64,000 nt of DNA from Octopus vulgaris (GCA_951406725.2 OX597816.1:17608001-17672000), one strand, 5' to 3'. Numbered from the stretch's first letter, positions 27,111-40,955 are shown. Numbers and translations are program-made. The notes: generated by a model not told the origin, from the sequence alone.

Positions 27111-28997
27111 ATACACTAATTTTTATATGAAAAATATGTCTATTGACTTTGTATACATGCTAGGCCACTGGTAGAAAAAATTTCTATAAGTTTTCTAACC
27201 CTATATTAATTTTAAGAAATGATATCTAAAACATAACGTGGAGTGTCTACAGAATGAGACGATTGGGTACAGCTGTTTCGACGCTGATGGTCTGGTACAG
27301 CCGAGTGTTTTGACGATAGTACATTTTGACGCTGAAGACATACGCACGCGCGCACACACACACACTTATACATACACTCACAAGAACACACAAGTAGAAA
27401 TCTGCGCATACAGAGAGAAAGAGTAAAAGAAAGAGAGGAGGATAAGGACATTACTATTTATTGATTGCAAACAACTGACGTAAGGATATTCTGTTTCACC
27501 ATACGCATACATAAGTATGCACTCACATACATAAAGTATGCACGCGCAAAGAGAAAGCTAGCGTCGAAACAGCGACGCCGAAACGACTGTCAAACCTTTC
27601 ATACCTGGATGTTCAGATATCTATTAAAACACAGAATGGTGAATAGCAAAAACGGTGCTGCATCCGCCAAAGGATTTTGTGGTGTTTGGTTGCGTTATTT
27701 TAGATCCTATTGGAATCATCTTAGCTTTTTTTACCCTACAGGAATCAATGAGATGTATGCCAGTCAGGTACGAGCTGCAGCAATTCGAGTTAATCGATTG
27801 TTGCCTTGTCCCAAATTCCCCCGTTTGTTCCCCGCTAAGAAATCAATACTACTAACAATGCACACTTATATCTCAGATGGAGCTAGTTTAATAAACTAGT
27901 GTCACGACAAGTATTTCTCAGAAGTTTATTAGAAAAATTACCGTTAATACAATCGTCACCTACAGAGCTTTTAATATAATTAAATTAATTTTATTATGTA
28001 ATAAATACTTTTCACAAAACGCACAATCGTATTTTTAGCAATGTAAGTTTTAGTAGAAATATAATCAGAACGACATTATTAATTTCATTCTGTGTTTTAT
28101 TATTATTATTTTTCTTTTTATTTTTTCTTTTATTAATTATTTTTATTGAATCGACAGTGAAATATCTCAATAATACTAAAAGAAACTTTAATTTTGTAAC
28201 AATTGTGAAAATTTCAAAGGCAGAAATTTATTAGAAGTGCTAAAGTGTCTTCATCACATGTCACGCTTCGTTTGCTTACAAAGTGAAAAGAAAAGAACCA
28301 AAAAATAATAATAATAATAAATATATAAAAGAAAGAAAGAAAATAGAAATACAAAGAAAAGAAAGGAAAATTTATGAAGACAAATCAGTTACAATTAACG
28401 GATTCAAAGCAAAAGAGGAAACACTTTCGAACACATATTGTTATGATGAAAAGTGATATATTTGTTTCTCGCGAGAATATGAAATAAGATTTTTAGCTTA
28501 CAGTAATGTTTGAAATATTCACGTATATTTTGATGAGACATTTAGCAATCGTTAGATTTATACGCTTAGAGAATAATACTTGGAATCTTATCTTCTAATG
28601 CAATCTATTACCTTTTGCATCTTAAATATAGCCAAATTGATTTAAATTTGAGCTGGTATGTTTTCGTTTTCTATCATAAGATCAAAGAAACATCAATTTA
28701 TTTTTGTTTCCTGTCATGATAGAAACGTTACATTAAGATAAAAAAAAAGTGACTAAGTAGCAACTCAGTAATAAAATGCACCATATATTATGACTATACT
28801 TAGTATTGATTTCACACAAATAATTCAAGCTCAAATATACAACTGATTTTAGCAGTAGAGGTAATTGTATTTGGAGTAGCTGTTGTATATTCATTGCGGA
28901 AAATTCAATCCTGATAACCGTTTAGTCAGCAAATTGTATTTGCCGAGTAATATCATTTCTAATTTTTTTTCGACACAAGGCCAGCAGTTTTGATGGG

Positions 28998-29604
28998 AAG
29001 GTGGTGAGCTGGCAGAAACGTTAGGACACCGGGCGAAATGCTTAGCGGTATTTCGTCTGCTGCTACGTTCTGACTTCAAATTCCGCCGAGGTCGACTTTG
29101 CCTTTCATCCTTTCGGGGTCGATTAAATAAGTACCAGTTACGCAATGGAGTCGATGTAATCGACTTAATCAGTTTGTCTGTCCTTGTTTGTCCCCTTTGT
29201 GTTTAGCTCCTTGCGGGTAGTAAAGACATAGGTATTTCGTCTGCCGCTACATTCTGAGTTCAAATTCCGCCGAGGCCACTTTGCCTTTCATCCGTTCGGG
29301 GTCGATAAATTAAGAACCAGTTACGCAGTGGGGTCGGTATAATCGACTTAACCCGTTTGTCTGTCCTTGTTTGTCCCCTTTGAGTTTAGCCCCTTGTGGG
29401 TAGTAAAGAAATAGGTATTTCGTCTGCCGTTACGTTCTGAGTTCAAATTCCGCCGAGGTCGACTTTGCCTTTCATCCTTTTGGGGTCGATAAATAAAGTA
29501 CCAGTTACGCACTGGGGTCGATGCAATCGACTTAATCCCTTTGTCTGTCCTTCTTTGTCCCCTCTATGTTTAGCCCCTTGTGGGCTATAAAGAAATAGGT
29601 ATTT
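28998..29604 (+). mobile_element. SINE family A trimer
   Basis: Full unit plus two units restarting at ggtatttcgtctgccg (29231, 29414). Confidence 0.9.
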
Positions 29605-29875
29605 AGTTTATCGACCCCGAAGGAATGCCGCTGAGCATGTTGTCCAGTGCGCTAACGGTTCTGCATTTCCCGTTATAAAGCTGCTTATAAGATTTCCAAA
29701 TTCTGTTCAAGATTCATCAATATAACCCTGCATTTTTACGGTTGTAGACAAAGGAAACATAGAATAGAAGGACCTTGCTGTGCAATAGATGTAAAAAAAG
29801 TGATGCCGAATGAGGTGTAAAGCGAATACAACTTCGGGAATGTTTCACGAGATAGAGGAAGTAGCAATTTGTTAC

Positions 29876-30565
29876 CTTTACCTTTTGACCGACAGATTAA
29901 AAAAAATTTTTTTGTAACTAAACACTTTCAGACTTCGGACACTAATAGAATGTGTCATATAAAACATCTTTTACTCTTAGCATTTTCGGGAAAAGCTTAT
30001 ATTTAAGAAGTTATTTCACGTTAAAGTTGTAGTATTTCGGTAATTTCAACCAATCAACGACGTGTATTCAGCTGAATAAAATTACTGTTGTTGTTTGTCA
30101 ACAAGAACTTCGGGCGGTGTATATTTTGTTTGTCACTGTTATTTATGACAAACCTAACCCCTAAAACCTTAACTCTAACCCTAACCCTAAAACTCTAACC
30201 CTAACCCTAACACCCTAACCCTAAAACCCTAAAACACTAATCCTAACCCTAAAACCTTAAAGCTAAAACCAGTACAAACGCGCGAACGATGTCATAAATA
30301 ACAGTGACAAACGAAAAATACACCGCCGATAGTTGTTGTTGACAAACAACGGCAGTAATTTTATTCAGCTGAACACACGTCATTGATTGGTTGAAATTAC
30401 CGAAATACGAGAACTTTAACAAAAAATAACTTCCTAAATATAAGCTCTACTCAAAAACGCTAAGAGTAAAAGATGTTTTATATGACACATTCTACCAGTG
30501 TCCGAAGTTTGAAAGTGTTTAGTTACAAAAAATTATTTTTTAAATCTGTCGGTCAAAAGGTAAAG
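29876..30565. mobile_element. Foldback element: ~275-bp inverted arms around a telomere-like (CCCTAA) spacer
   Basis: Arms 29876-30150 and 30290-30565 (ctttaccttttgaccgacagatt.../...aatctgtcggtcaaaaggtaaag); spacer of ccctaa/ccctaaaa variants. Confidence 0.9.
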
Positions 30566-31702
30566 ATCATATTTTTGGACAATGTATAGTACAGAAATGC
30601 TACCAAAATGAAATATCTCGTAAATATTAAAAAAATTCCAACCGAGCGCGCTTATCACTGATTCATGTTACGCTTATCACGGTAAAATGCGATGTGGCTC
30701 ATTCAGGAAATCCAGTAGGCGCCTGTCGAATAGTTGGAAATGCCTGAGCTGGATTATGGAACATTTTACACCCCTTCTCATATATGGTTATCCCCACACG
30801 ATTCAGTTTTAGAACACTTCAAGACGGCAGCAAAATTCGGACCTCCCTCTCCCTATTGAGGCATTTACTGTAACTTATTTGAAAGCCCCTAACATAACTA
30901 GGTCTACCGACTTACAATCCAGGTTCAGGAAAATCCTTTGTATTCTGACTTCTAGACCTTTGCGAAACAACACTACCACTCTTCTTAAGAGACGCGCTTG
31001 TCACGCAGTCTTCAAAAATAACCGCGTGAGTGTGCACCGCGGAAATTTTGCTGATTGCTGTCATATCGATAACTTATGATATGAGGTTACTAAATAAGTG
31101 GCTTCTAAGTTAGTCCTTGGTCATCCATATTTATACATCCTACACTAATTTTTGACATGTTGATCAGGAAAAAGTAACGCGAGACTGATAAACACACATC
31201 TTGGTCTGATTCAACAGCAGCTAATCCAGTTTTCATTATGGACTGGGTTTCCATATATATAAGCTATTTAGGTATTTTATGTTAAATGTCGAAATAAAGC
31301 ACCTAGACGTCTTAGGAGTTTCCCCACAATATTTTATAGACATCTACGTCATCATCAATATCTGTCTAGGGAATGCTATTTTTGTTTCAAGTTCAGCAAA
31401 ACCTTCCTTTTGTTTTTATCTTGCTTCTCTGTTTTATGCGATGTAATCCATCAAATCATTGGTGTATTTGCTTTCAAAACTGTGAAGTTGATGTAGTTTG
31501 TGTTTTATGTATTTAGTTGATGTTGCTGCGATTATTTTCGTCGATTTTTTTTTCTGTGGTCGGTGTTGCATTTCAGTATTTTTTAAAGTTCGTGTTACTT
31601 GATCTTTTATTATTGTGGTCGAGTGTCTGTGAGTTTTTCTTATGTTCCTGTGGTTATTTTTGTGGTTACTTGTATGGTGGTGGGTTTGACTGCTTTTGTT
31701 GT

Positions 31703-31759
<57 letters not shown>

Positions 31760-31775
31760 ATAGATACATATATCC

Positions 31776-31833
<58 letters not shown>

Positions 31834-31913
31834 ATATCCATACACACACACACACATATCCAATAACTAACAATAACAATAACGGATCGAACCAGTACGT
31901 GTGTTTATTATAT

Positions 31914-32138
31914 ATTTCTTTACTAACCTACAAGGGGCTAAACACAGAGGGGACAAACAAGGACAGACATAGGTATTAAGTCGATTACATCGACCCCAGT
32001 GCGTAACTGGTACTTTATTTATCGACCCTGAAAGGATGAAAGGCAAAGTCGACCTCGGCGGAATTTGAACTCAGAACGTAGCGGCAGACGAAATACCGCT
32101 AAGCATTTCGCCCGGCGCACTAACGCTTCTGCCAGCTC
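31914..32138 (-). mobile_element. SINE family A (tail A)
   Basis: Near-consensus copy. Confidence 0.88.
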
Positions 32139-32236
32139 CCAAGGTTCAGTAGTATTTCTTTCGACACACGAATCCACAATAAGAATCTTGCAAACCAAAT
32201 AAAAATACGAACTATATATATATATATGTATGTATG

Positions 32237-32301
<65 letters not shown>

Positions 32302-32449
32302 TGCTTTCTTTCGTTGTTGCACGAGGAAGTCGGCGAGTCGAAAAGCTCTGAAGTGGGGGAATGTGGACTATCTTCGAAGGTCCCGCTGCTTGTGCGTTAT
32401 TGTGTATCAGACAAACTTGGATGGCTATTTTTTTTTTTTTTTTTTTTTT

Positions 32450-32665
32450 TTGTACTTGTTTCAGTCATTTGACTGCGGCCATGCTGGAGCACCGCCTTTA
32501 GAGTGGTTAAAGAGTACAGCAGGGATCACCACCATCCCCTGCCGGAGCCTCGTGGAGCTTTTAGGTGTTTTCGCTCAATAAACACACACAACGCCCGGTC
32601 TGGGAATCGAAACCGCGATCCTCCGACCGCAAGTCCGCTGCCCTAACCACTGGGCCATTGCGCCA
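32450..32665 (-). mobile_element. Composite: SINE C head joined to SINE B tail
   Basis: 32510-32665 matches the family C 5' part; 32450-32500 matches the family B 3' tail. Confidence 0.7.
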
Positions 32666-33469
32666 TTTGCAGAGTTTTTGTGGTACATTTTGTTGTAGGT
32701 GTTGTTGTCATGGAAATTCTTTTTGTTTTCGTTGGTGCTAGCTCCTGGTGCTGATTTTACCGCTGCAGCTGTTGATGTTGCTGCAGTTGTGGTTGTTCGT
32801 TGTTGTATTTTCTTTTTTACCTTGTCGAGGTTATGGCTAAAGCAGCAATGGGGCAATCTTACCCTTTGCCTAGGCTGGAAGCAGAAAAAACCTTTAGTGA
32901 TTAATAGCGCCTCATAAGAGACATGTTGGATTTCGCAGGTCCACCACCATCAGGAAAACGGCTCCACCTGTAAGTGGCTCAGATCGAGAATGGCATCGTA
33001 CCTCTCCATACTTGTTTGGATCAAGAAGTCGATTCTTATCTCGGACCAATTCTACTTGCACAGCATGTACACATCTATTATCGTGGGATTCTCTCCAATG
33101 TTTGTAAATAGGTTGTTATCAACCTGCAGATGTTCATTTATGACTGGCTTTCTACTACCATCACCATAGCCACATATCGGCCAAGATATGAAAGTATCTG
33201 GATTAATAACTCAATTTTGAGAGATCTATTCGTTGGTTTCTTGCCTCAATGTCCTTTGTCTGTCGATATCTACAATGCCTGCTGCGAATGACAAAATTTG
33301 ATTTAAAACACATACCAGGCACCTTCATACTTCCCATTTTCCCAGTTTTTCCATTTGTCTATATTTTAGCCGTATGCAGCCGTAGGTTATTGTGCACCTG
33401 GTCTCTTCTATCATGTTCTTCTTCGGTTACTAACTTTTGCTCATTGCGATAGAAGGAAGACTGCAAAGA

Positions 33470-34318
33470 TAAAGCACTGTACAAGCACTTGAAAAGGAAT
33501 GAAACTGAAGATAGGTGGATAAAGAAAAGAATGCATAGATAATTTCATAGGGATGTTGAAGATAAGACAGACAGATGAAAAAGATGGCTATGGATGAATA
33601 GAAGTGATTTAAAACCGGAAGTGGTGGCCCGAATCTCTGCTGCCCAAGAGCAAGCATATAGAACCAATCACATCAAATACAGAACAGATCAAAAAGTGAT
33701 AAGTGCAGAATCTGTGAACAAAATGGTGAAACTATATGACATATTACCAGTCAATGTATGCCACTGGCCCGGAGAGACTATAATCCTTGCTATACTGTCA
33801 GTATAGCAAAGAGTTTCCTTTAGACACTTTGCAACAAGTCTGGACTTGACAGAGCAAAAATGTGGTAGGAATATAAACCCGAAGGCAGCATCGAAAATGC
33901 AAAGATCCTATGGGACTTTATGATTTAGTGCGACCATGAGATAAAGAATAAGAAACCAGACATAGTGTTAATTGAAGAAGAAACCAAACGATACTGGATC
34001 ACAAATATAATGCCCAGGTGTGCGATAAGGAAGAAAGAAAAGTCGAAAGATATAACAGGTTAGCTTGGGTGGTTTAGCAGTTGTGATCACTGAAAAAGGT
34101 GGTAATAGTACCAAATGTACATCTTGAGATGTACATGAAACAAATAGGGGGTGCAATAAGAGTGGAACACTTGCAGAAAAGAGCACAGCTTGGAACCGCT
34201 CGAATACTACGGATGGTGCTCGAAAACTGTGGGGCATTAACTTGGTTTACTGGTAGTGACCGGTTGACACCATAGTACATCTCCAGCGTTAGAAGCTGTG
34301 CAAAGACAATAATATAAC
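33470..34318 (+). mobile_element. Decayed R4/Dong-like RLE LINE 3' part (family 2)
   Basis: WLWMNRSDLKPE..AAQEQAYRTN, KCRICEQNGETI*HITSQC, KILWDF..KPDIVLI, LGTARILR; ends in (CAA)n. Confidence 0.85.
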
Positions 34319-34359
34319 AACAACAACAACAACAACAAATTATAATCATATTCATCATG

Positions 34360-34757
34360 CTTTCTATTATAGGTAAAATGCCTGAAATTTTGTGGGAGAG
34401 CGCTAGTCAATTACATTGACTCCAGAATTTCACTGGTACTTTAATTTATCGACCGCGAAAGGATGAAAGGCAAAGTCGAGCACGGCGTAATTTGAACTCC
34501 GAACGTAACGACGGACGAAATACCGCTAAGCATTTCGTCCGGCGTGCTAACGGTTCTGCCAAATCGCCGCCTTAATAATAATAATAATGATGATAATAAA
34601 TTTTTATTTCTTTTACTACCCACAAGGGGCTAAACACAGAGGGGACAAACAAGGACAGACAAAGGGATTAAGTCGATTACATCAACACAACTGCGTAACT
34701 GGTACTTAATTTATCGACCCCAAAGGATGGAAGGCAAAGTCGACCTCGGCGGAATTT
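34360..34757 (-). mobile_element. Two SINE family A copies
   Basis: 34360-34572 (tail B) and 34605-34757 (tail A, truncated), separated by (TAA)n. Confidence 0.8.
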
Positions 34758-34770
34758 TTCCTTTCATAAT

Positions 34771-34862
34771 ATTTACATTATTTACATTATTTACATTCGA
34801 CGGATATTTGTTCTCACCTTGTTTATTGTCGAATGTAAATAATATAAATAATGTAAATAATG
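34771..34862. repeat. Short inverted repeat of (atttacatt)n units
   Basis: atttacattatttacattatttacattcgac ... gtcgaatgtaaataatataaataatgtaaat. Confidence 0.8.
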
Positions 34863-34940
34863 TACATAATTCCTCATCTCTTAAATATAGAACTGTATTA
34901 AATAACAATAATAATAATAATAATACTAGTAGCAGCAGTA

Positions 34941-34988
<48 letters not shown>

Positions 34989-35009
34989 AAAGTAGTAGTA
35001 GAAGTTGTT

Positions 35010-35042
<33 letters not shown>

Positions 35043-35107
35043 ACAGTAATAATAATACTAGAAGTCGTATTAATAATAATAACAACAACAACAACAACCA
35101 CAACAAA

Positions 35108-35175
<68 letters not shown>

Positions 35176-35893
35176 TAATAATAATAATAAAGTTTGTTTA
35201 TTTTAAAAACAACGACTTCTTTCTCATAGCGATAGCATAACTAATCTCTTCCTTTAGAAAGTTAAACGAAGAAGAAACTTAAGCTCTCTGCTTCTTCGAT
35301 TCCGGTTAGACATTCAGTCATGTTTATCTATTACATAGTTGGAAAGAGTTTAGATAGAAAAGATTTGTCATTGTCATACAAAAAAGAAAGAATAAACATC
35401 CTATAAAATTTGAGTTTAATGTCAGATCCTTAAATCTAACCATACTCAAAGCCTTCTCCTCCGAGAAATTTATCGAAAATTTCTTCCAATACTTTTAAAG
35501 ATTATCAGAAAGTATTACTTTCTAGTGTTTCAGATCTGCAAGGTATTATAGCTAGAGCGCATCAGCCTCTACGAATTATGTGATCTATCCGATATCACTG
35601 CAATATAATATAATACAACATAATATAATATAACTTAACATAATATAATATAATATAATATAATATAATACAATATAATATAATATAACACAACATAATA
35701 TAATATAATATAATATATATATATATATATATATATGATATAATATATAATATAATACAATATATATATATAATACATATATGCACATATACATATGCAT
35801 GTTTGTATGTATACATATGTATGCATATATATATATTGTATTATATTATATGTTATATATCATTTATATAAATATATATATATTGTATTATAT

Positions 35894-35961
<68 letters not shown>

Positions 35962-36585
35962 CAATATATGCATATATTCATATGTATGTTTGTATGTATG
36001 TATATGTACATATGTATGCATATATATATATATATACATAGTGGGTGTATGGATATGTACTTAATAAATACAGATAAGCCAGATAAGCATGACATGCAGC
36101 TCATATGGATGCAGCAACTGGGAACATCATATGATCGCTGATGCTGTTCGAAAGAGTGCACTCATCTCTCGTAAATTACACGCTACAATCTTAAATAAGG
36201 AATATATTGGATAATATAGTTTTGTATGGAATTACAGCAATCGAAAAACTGTACAGTATAGGAGAGGCCCAGGGTTAAATAAACTCAACATCAGCTGCTC
36301 GAAAAAGCTTATTCATCTCCCATAACCCCACATTACTGTCATAAATGTGGATGCGTTAGATAATTTCATTTTAGATGCTCCTAAAAGGCAGGGTGGTTAC
36401 GGCTAGATTGGAATTATTGAAATCATATGATTGGATGGTTTAGGCTTGCCCTTGACCCAGGAATAAACAAACACTGCGTAAGCTGTTCGAAACCGTGAAC
36501 CCCAGAGACAACAAGCATTCAACTGAAATATAAGATATATTAGACAATGAAGTTTTTGGTGCCCCTAAAAGGCGGGATGGTTCCG

Positions 36586-37021
36586 GATGGAATCATTCTA
36601 ATAATTAGATTACACTGTGCGCATTATGGTAGACATGGTTCTAAATGAACACGGCATCAGCTACCCGAAATCGTACTCACATTTGCTATAAATTCACAGA
36701 ATAGTCTTTGAAATAAAGGATACATTACATAATTGAGTTCTAGACACTCTTAAACGAAGGGATGGTTACGGTTGGAATTGGCGGAGCCCTGTGAAGAGTG
36801 AGTAAACATCTTGAGAAGTACATAGAATAAATAGGGGGTGCAATAAGGATGGAGCACTTGCAGAAAACAGCAATGCTTGGAACCGCTCGAAGACTACGGA
36901 TGATGCTCAAAAAATATGGGGCATTAACTTAGTTCACTGGTAGTGAACGGTTGACACCATAGTACATCTCCAGCGTTAGAAGCTGTGCAAAGCAACAACA
37001 AAAACAACAACAACAATAATG

Positions 37022-37077
<56 letters not shown>

Positions 37078-37531
37078 CATGCTTTCGGATGGAATCATTG
37101 TAATAATTAGGTTACACTGTGCGCATTATGGTAGACATGGGTCTCAATGAACACAGCATCAGATACTCGAAATGGTTCTCACATTTGCCATAAATTCATA
37201 GTCTAGTCTTTTAAATAAAGGATACATTACATAATTGAGTTCTAGACACTCTTAAACGAAGAGATGGTTACGGTTGGAATTGTCGGAGCCCTGGGAAGAG
37301 TGAGTAAAAATCTTGAGAAGTACATAGAACAAATAGGGGCTGCGATAAGGGTAGAGCACTCGCAGATAACAGCACTGCTTGAAACCGCTCGAATACTACG
37401 GATGGGGCTCGAAAAATATGGGGTATTAAGTTCACTGGTAGTGAACGGTTGACACCATAGTACATCTCCAGCGTTAGAAGCTGTGCAAAGCAACAACAAA
37501 AACAACAACAACAACAACAATAATAATAATG

Positions 37532-37563
<32 letters not shown>

Positions 37564-37768
37564 CATGCTTTCGGATGGAATCATTGTAATAATTAGGTTA
37601 CACTGTGCGCATTATGGTAGACATGGGTCTCAATGAACACAGCATCAGATACTCGAAATGGTTCTCACATTTGCCATAAATTCATAGTCTAGTCTTTTAA
37701 ATAAAGGATACATTACATAATTGAGTTCTAGACACTCCTAAACGAAGAGATGGTTACGGTTAGAATGG
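36586..37768 (+). repeat. Tandem ~490-bp unit (2.4 copies): ~190-bp flank + R4/Dong 3' fragment + (CAA)(TAA)n
   Basis: Flank starts at 36586, 37087 and 37573; LINE piece IVGALG..LEKYIEQIGAAIRVEH..TARILR matches 34120-34318. Confidence 0.9.
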
Positions 37769-38658
37769 AACTAATGTAATCATAGAACTGCACATATTGC
37801 GATAGACATTGCAATAAACAAACACAACCTCGACTGAAATCATTAACGCAGTCGTTTTCTATTATAGTTATAAACTATATAAAGATTTAAATGCAAATTT
37901 CTTTTGTATTCATGATTTAAATTCAATATTATGACAAAATGGTAAACACAAAGCAATAAATAAGCATTGTCATTAATTCAAAACGGTTTTAATGATGTCA
38001 ACCTCAGCTGAAATTTACAGCTTCTGTTCTTGACGTAGATACAGTCTCTGCGGTGAAGGGATTCTTTCGCTGGAATCAATTTGTCTGAAACACGTTTAAA
38101 TAGAAATCTCACTGAAGATTCGATGTCCTCAAATAACAAGACCACTATCGAAATGAGAAATACCTGACGTGGGTGGATGGCAGTGATACCTTGGGGGTAT
38201 TTTGTTATATCTGTTTACGTTCTGAGATTATTTCTAACCAAGACCTATTAAAAAAATTTTTTCTTTTTTACATCTCATTATTCTGACGTCTATAAAATAT
38301 GTACTCGATGATAAAAAGAAAAAAAAATTGTCCACAGATGGATGGATTTATGCGAATAAATTCAGAACAGAATGTTGTTCCTCGTTTTATGTTCAGATAA
38401 AACAGTAAAATAAAAGTAAAAAATCAACGAAAATATAGTTGCATAAATTATTTTGTGGCAAAGACATGTTTAAAGCGACGAGACGTGTGTACCAGTGTAT
38501 GTGTGTGTGTGCTTGCGTGTGTTGATATGTACAGATGTATGTTTGAATATATGAATCTATATTTGTATCTTATTAAATCACAGACGGCAAAACATGTAAA
38601 ACCAAGTTGTTAACCAATATGTCTCTCTCTCTCCCTTTCTCTCCCCCTCCACACTGTC

Positions 38659-38741
<83 letters not shown>

Positions 38742-38856
38742 ATATATATATATACATATATATATATATGCATACACACACACATACATATATACATATA
38801 TATATATACATACACACATATATTTTGTGTGTGTGCATATCTACAACCATACACGT

Positions 38857-38887
<31 letters not shown>

Positions 38888-39229
38888 AACAGAGAGAGAA
38901 AGAGAGAGATAGAAAGAGGCTGTGGGGAGAAGCATACACAATACATATATATACATATATATGTATGTGCGTGTGTGTGTGTGTGTGCGTGTGTGTGTGT
39001 GTATTGCTTGTTCACATTATACTTTTACATGTTTAGCCGTCTGTCACTTAATAAAACTCAAGCGCAAATACATACATACATAATTACATATATTTAAAAG
39101 TTCATATACATAGACACACACATTGACACCTCTCAATCTCCGTGTTTCTTTCTCCCTCTCACATCGCACACAGTTTCATTCTTCATGCACACAAACACAA
39201 GCACGCGCGCGCATATATATATATATATA

Positions 39230-39287
<58 letters not shown>

Positions 39288-39335
39288 CGCATAGTATATG
39301 TATTTATAGTTATATGTATGTGTGTATATATATAT

Positions 39336-39550
39336 TGATTAAAATGGTAAGACAACAAAAGAAAGAAAAAGACATCGATATTATGTAAATAGAGGAATTT
39401 ATCTGTAAAAGTAATATGTGACAATTATTCGGTAGCCATGATAAAACTCTGAATTTCGGATGCCGAGGTGGAAGTCCACGCCGCCATCTCTTCAGTTACC
39501 CGGTCATCGTTTTATCATGGCTACCGAATAATTGTCACATATTACTGTTA
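39336..39550 (-). mobile_element. Small element with a type I hammerhead-like motif inside a ~38-bp inverted duplication
   Basis: Minus strand gggtaa-CUGAAGA-gatg..catc-cGAAA-ttcagagtt-ttatcatggcta; agtaatatgtgacaattattcggtagccatgataaaac is repeated inverted at 39510-39546. Confidence 0.65.
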
Positions 39551-39732
39551 AAGTTATATATATATATATATATAATCTATGTGTCTATTTTCAGCATATT
39601 TTGGCATTAGAAATTTTTTCTTTTACCCTTACTTATATATTGTTTATAAATTTAACCTTTAAAGGTATTTTTAATATGCTGGTCATTGATAGAATTTTCT
39701 TCGAAAAACCTTATATATATATATATATATAT

Positions 39733-39897
39733 ATAGGGAGAGTTTACGAAAAAAACAAAAGACGAAGACAGGTGGTGTACAAAACAAACAGATGTATTAG
39801 TATAACACTGTTCTACAGAAAGGGACACAGAAAAAACAAGGAGGGAATCAAGGAGAGAAAAAAATGTGTGTAGTGGCTAACGATCTATCATGGCGAC

Positions 39898-39900
<3 letters not shown>
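39733..39900 (-). mobile_element. Small (TA)n-embedded element (family of 42669-42865), centre deleted
   Basis: Reverse complement shares agtcgccatgat.gatcg.ta and ctaatacatctgtttgtt..tgtcttcgt.ttttgtttt. Confidence 0.7.
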
Positions 39901-39974
<74 letters not shown>

Positions 39975-40600
39975 ATGTATGTATATATATAATATATAAA
40001 AATTAGTATATATATATACACACAAATCAAGCGATGGCTTCCAGTGTTACTTACAGGAGAGTTTTATGTTACTAACCAAAAAAAAAAAAAAAAAAAAATC
40101 TAACATCCTATATCCACTCCCAACCCAAAGTAATCCGTTCACGGTCAGTCTTGTAATCTAGCAACGAAACATTCCTAATTGTCACCCAGTTCTATTGGAT
40201 CTATTACTTCATATCTTGGATCTCTAACTGCACATATGAAAATGTAGTAGTAATAATCATTATCTATAACTGACACAAAACTAGAACAGATACGTTAAGG
40301 GTGAAAATCAATATATGTCTAAAACGTTTACTTTCATTGGCATATGGCGATAGAGAATGTGAAAGGAAAAACTTGATGTATAGTGTCTGGAATTGTACGC
40401 TGTTTTATAATATTTAGGAAGACAGTGCGCAACGTAATTACAGAGTATAACAAATATCAGCATTTTACTAGTGTGTGGATTTCCATAATGGCTCTTATAA
40501 TTGCACAAATGTCTATCTAAGCATACGACTACGCCGACATACTTGTAGGAAGCTATCCACTCATGTCTAAGTATGTATTTCTACATATATATATATCACG

Positions 40601-40688
<88 letters not shown>

Positions 40689-40907
40689 TATATATATATG
40701 TATGTCTATGTATATATTTATATATATATATTATATAATATATAATATGTATATATATGCATCTGTGTATATATGTGTGTATGTGATGTCTGTGTGTAAG
40801 TTATAAACGTATATGATATTGAATATAAAAATAATAAAGACACACACATACTTTCATGTATATGCGCACGATTATGTCTGTTTATCTATCTATCTATCTA
40901 TCTATCT

Positions 40908-40955
<48 letters not shown>

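Noticed and set aside
27465-27899. 144-aa ORF in unique sequence
   Set aside because: Non-ATG start and no recognisable domain
38105-38160. ctgaaga..atcgaaa hammerhead candidate
   Set aside because: No stem III or UH site in the right position
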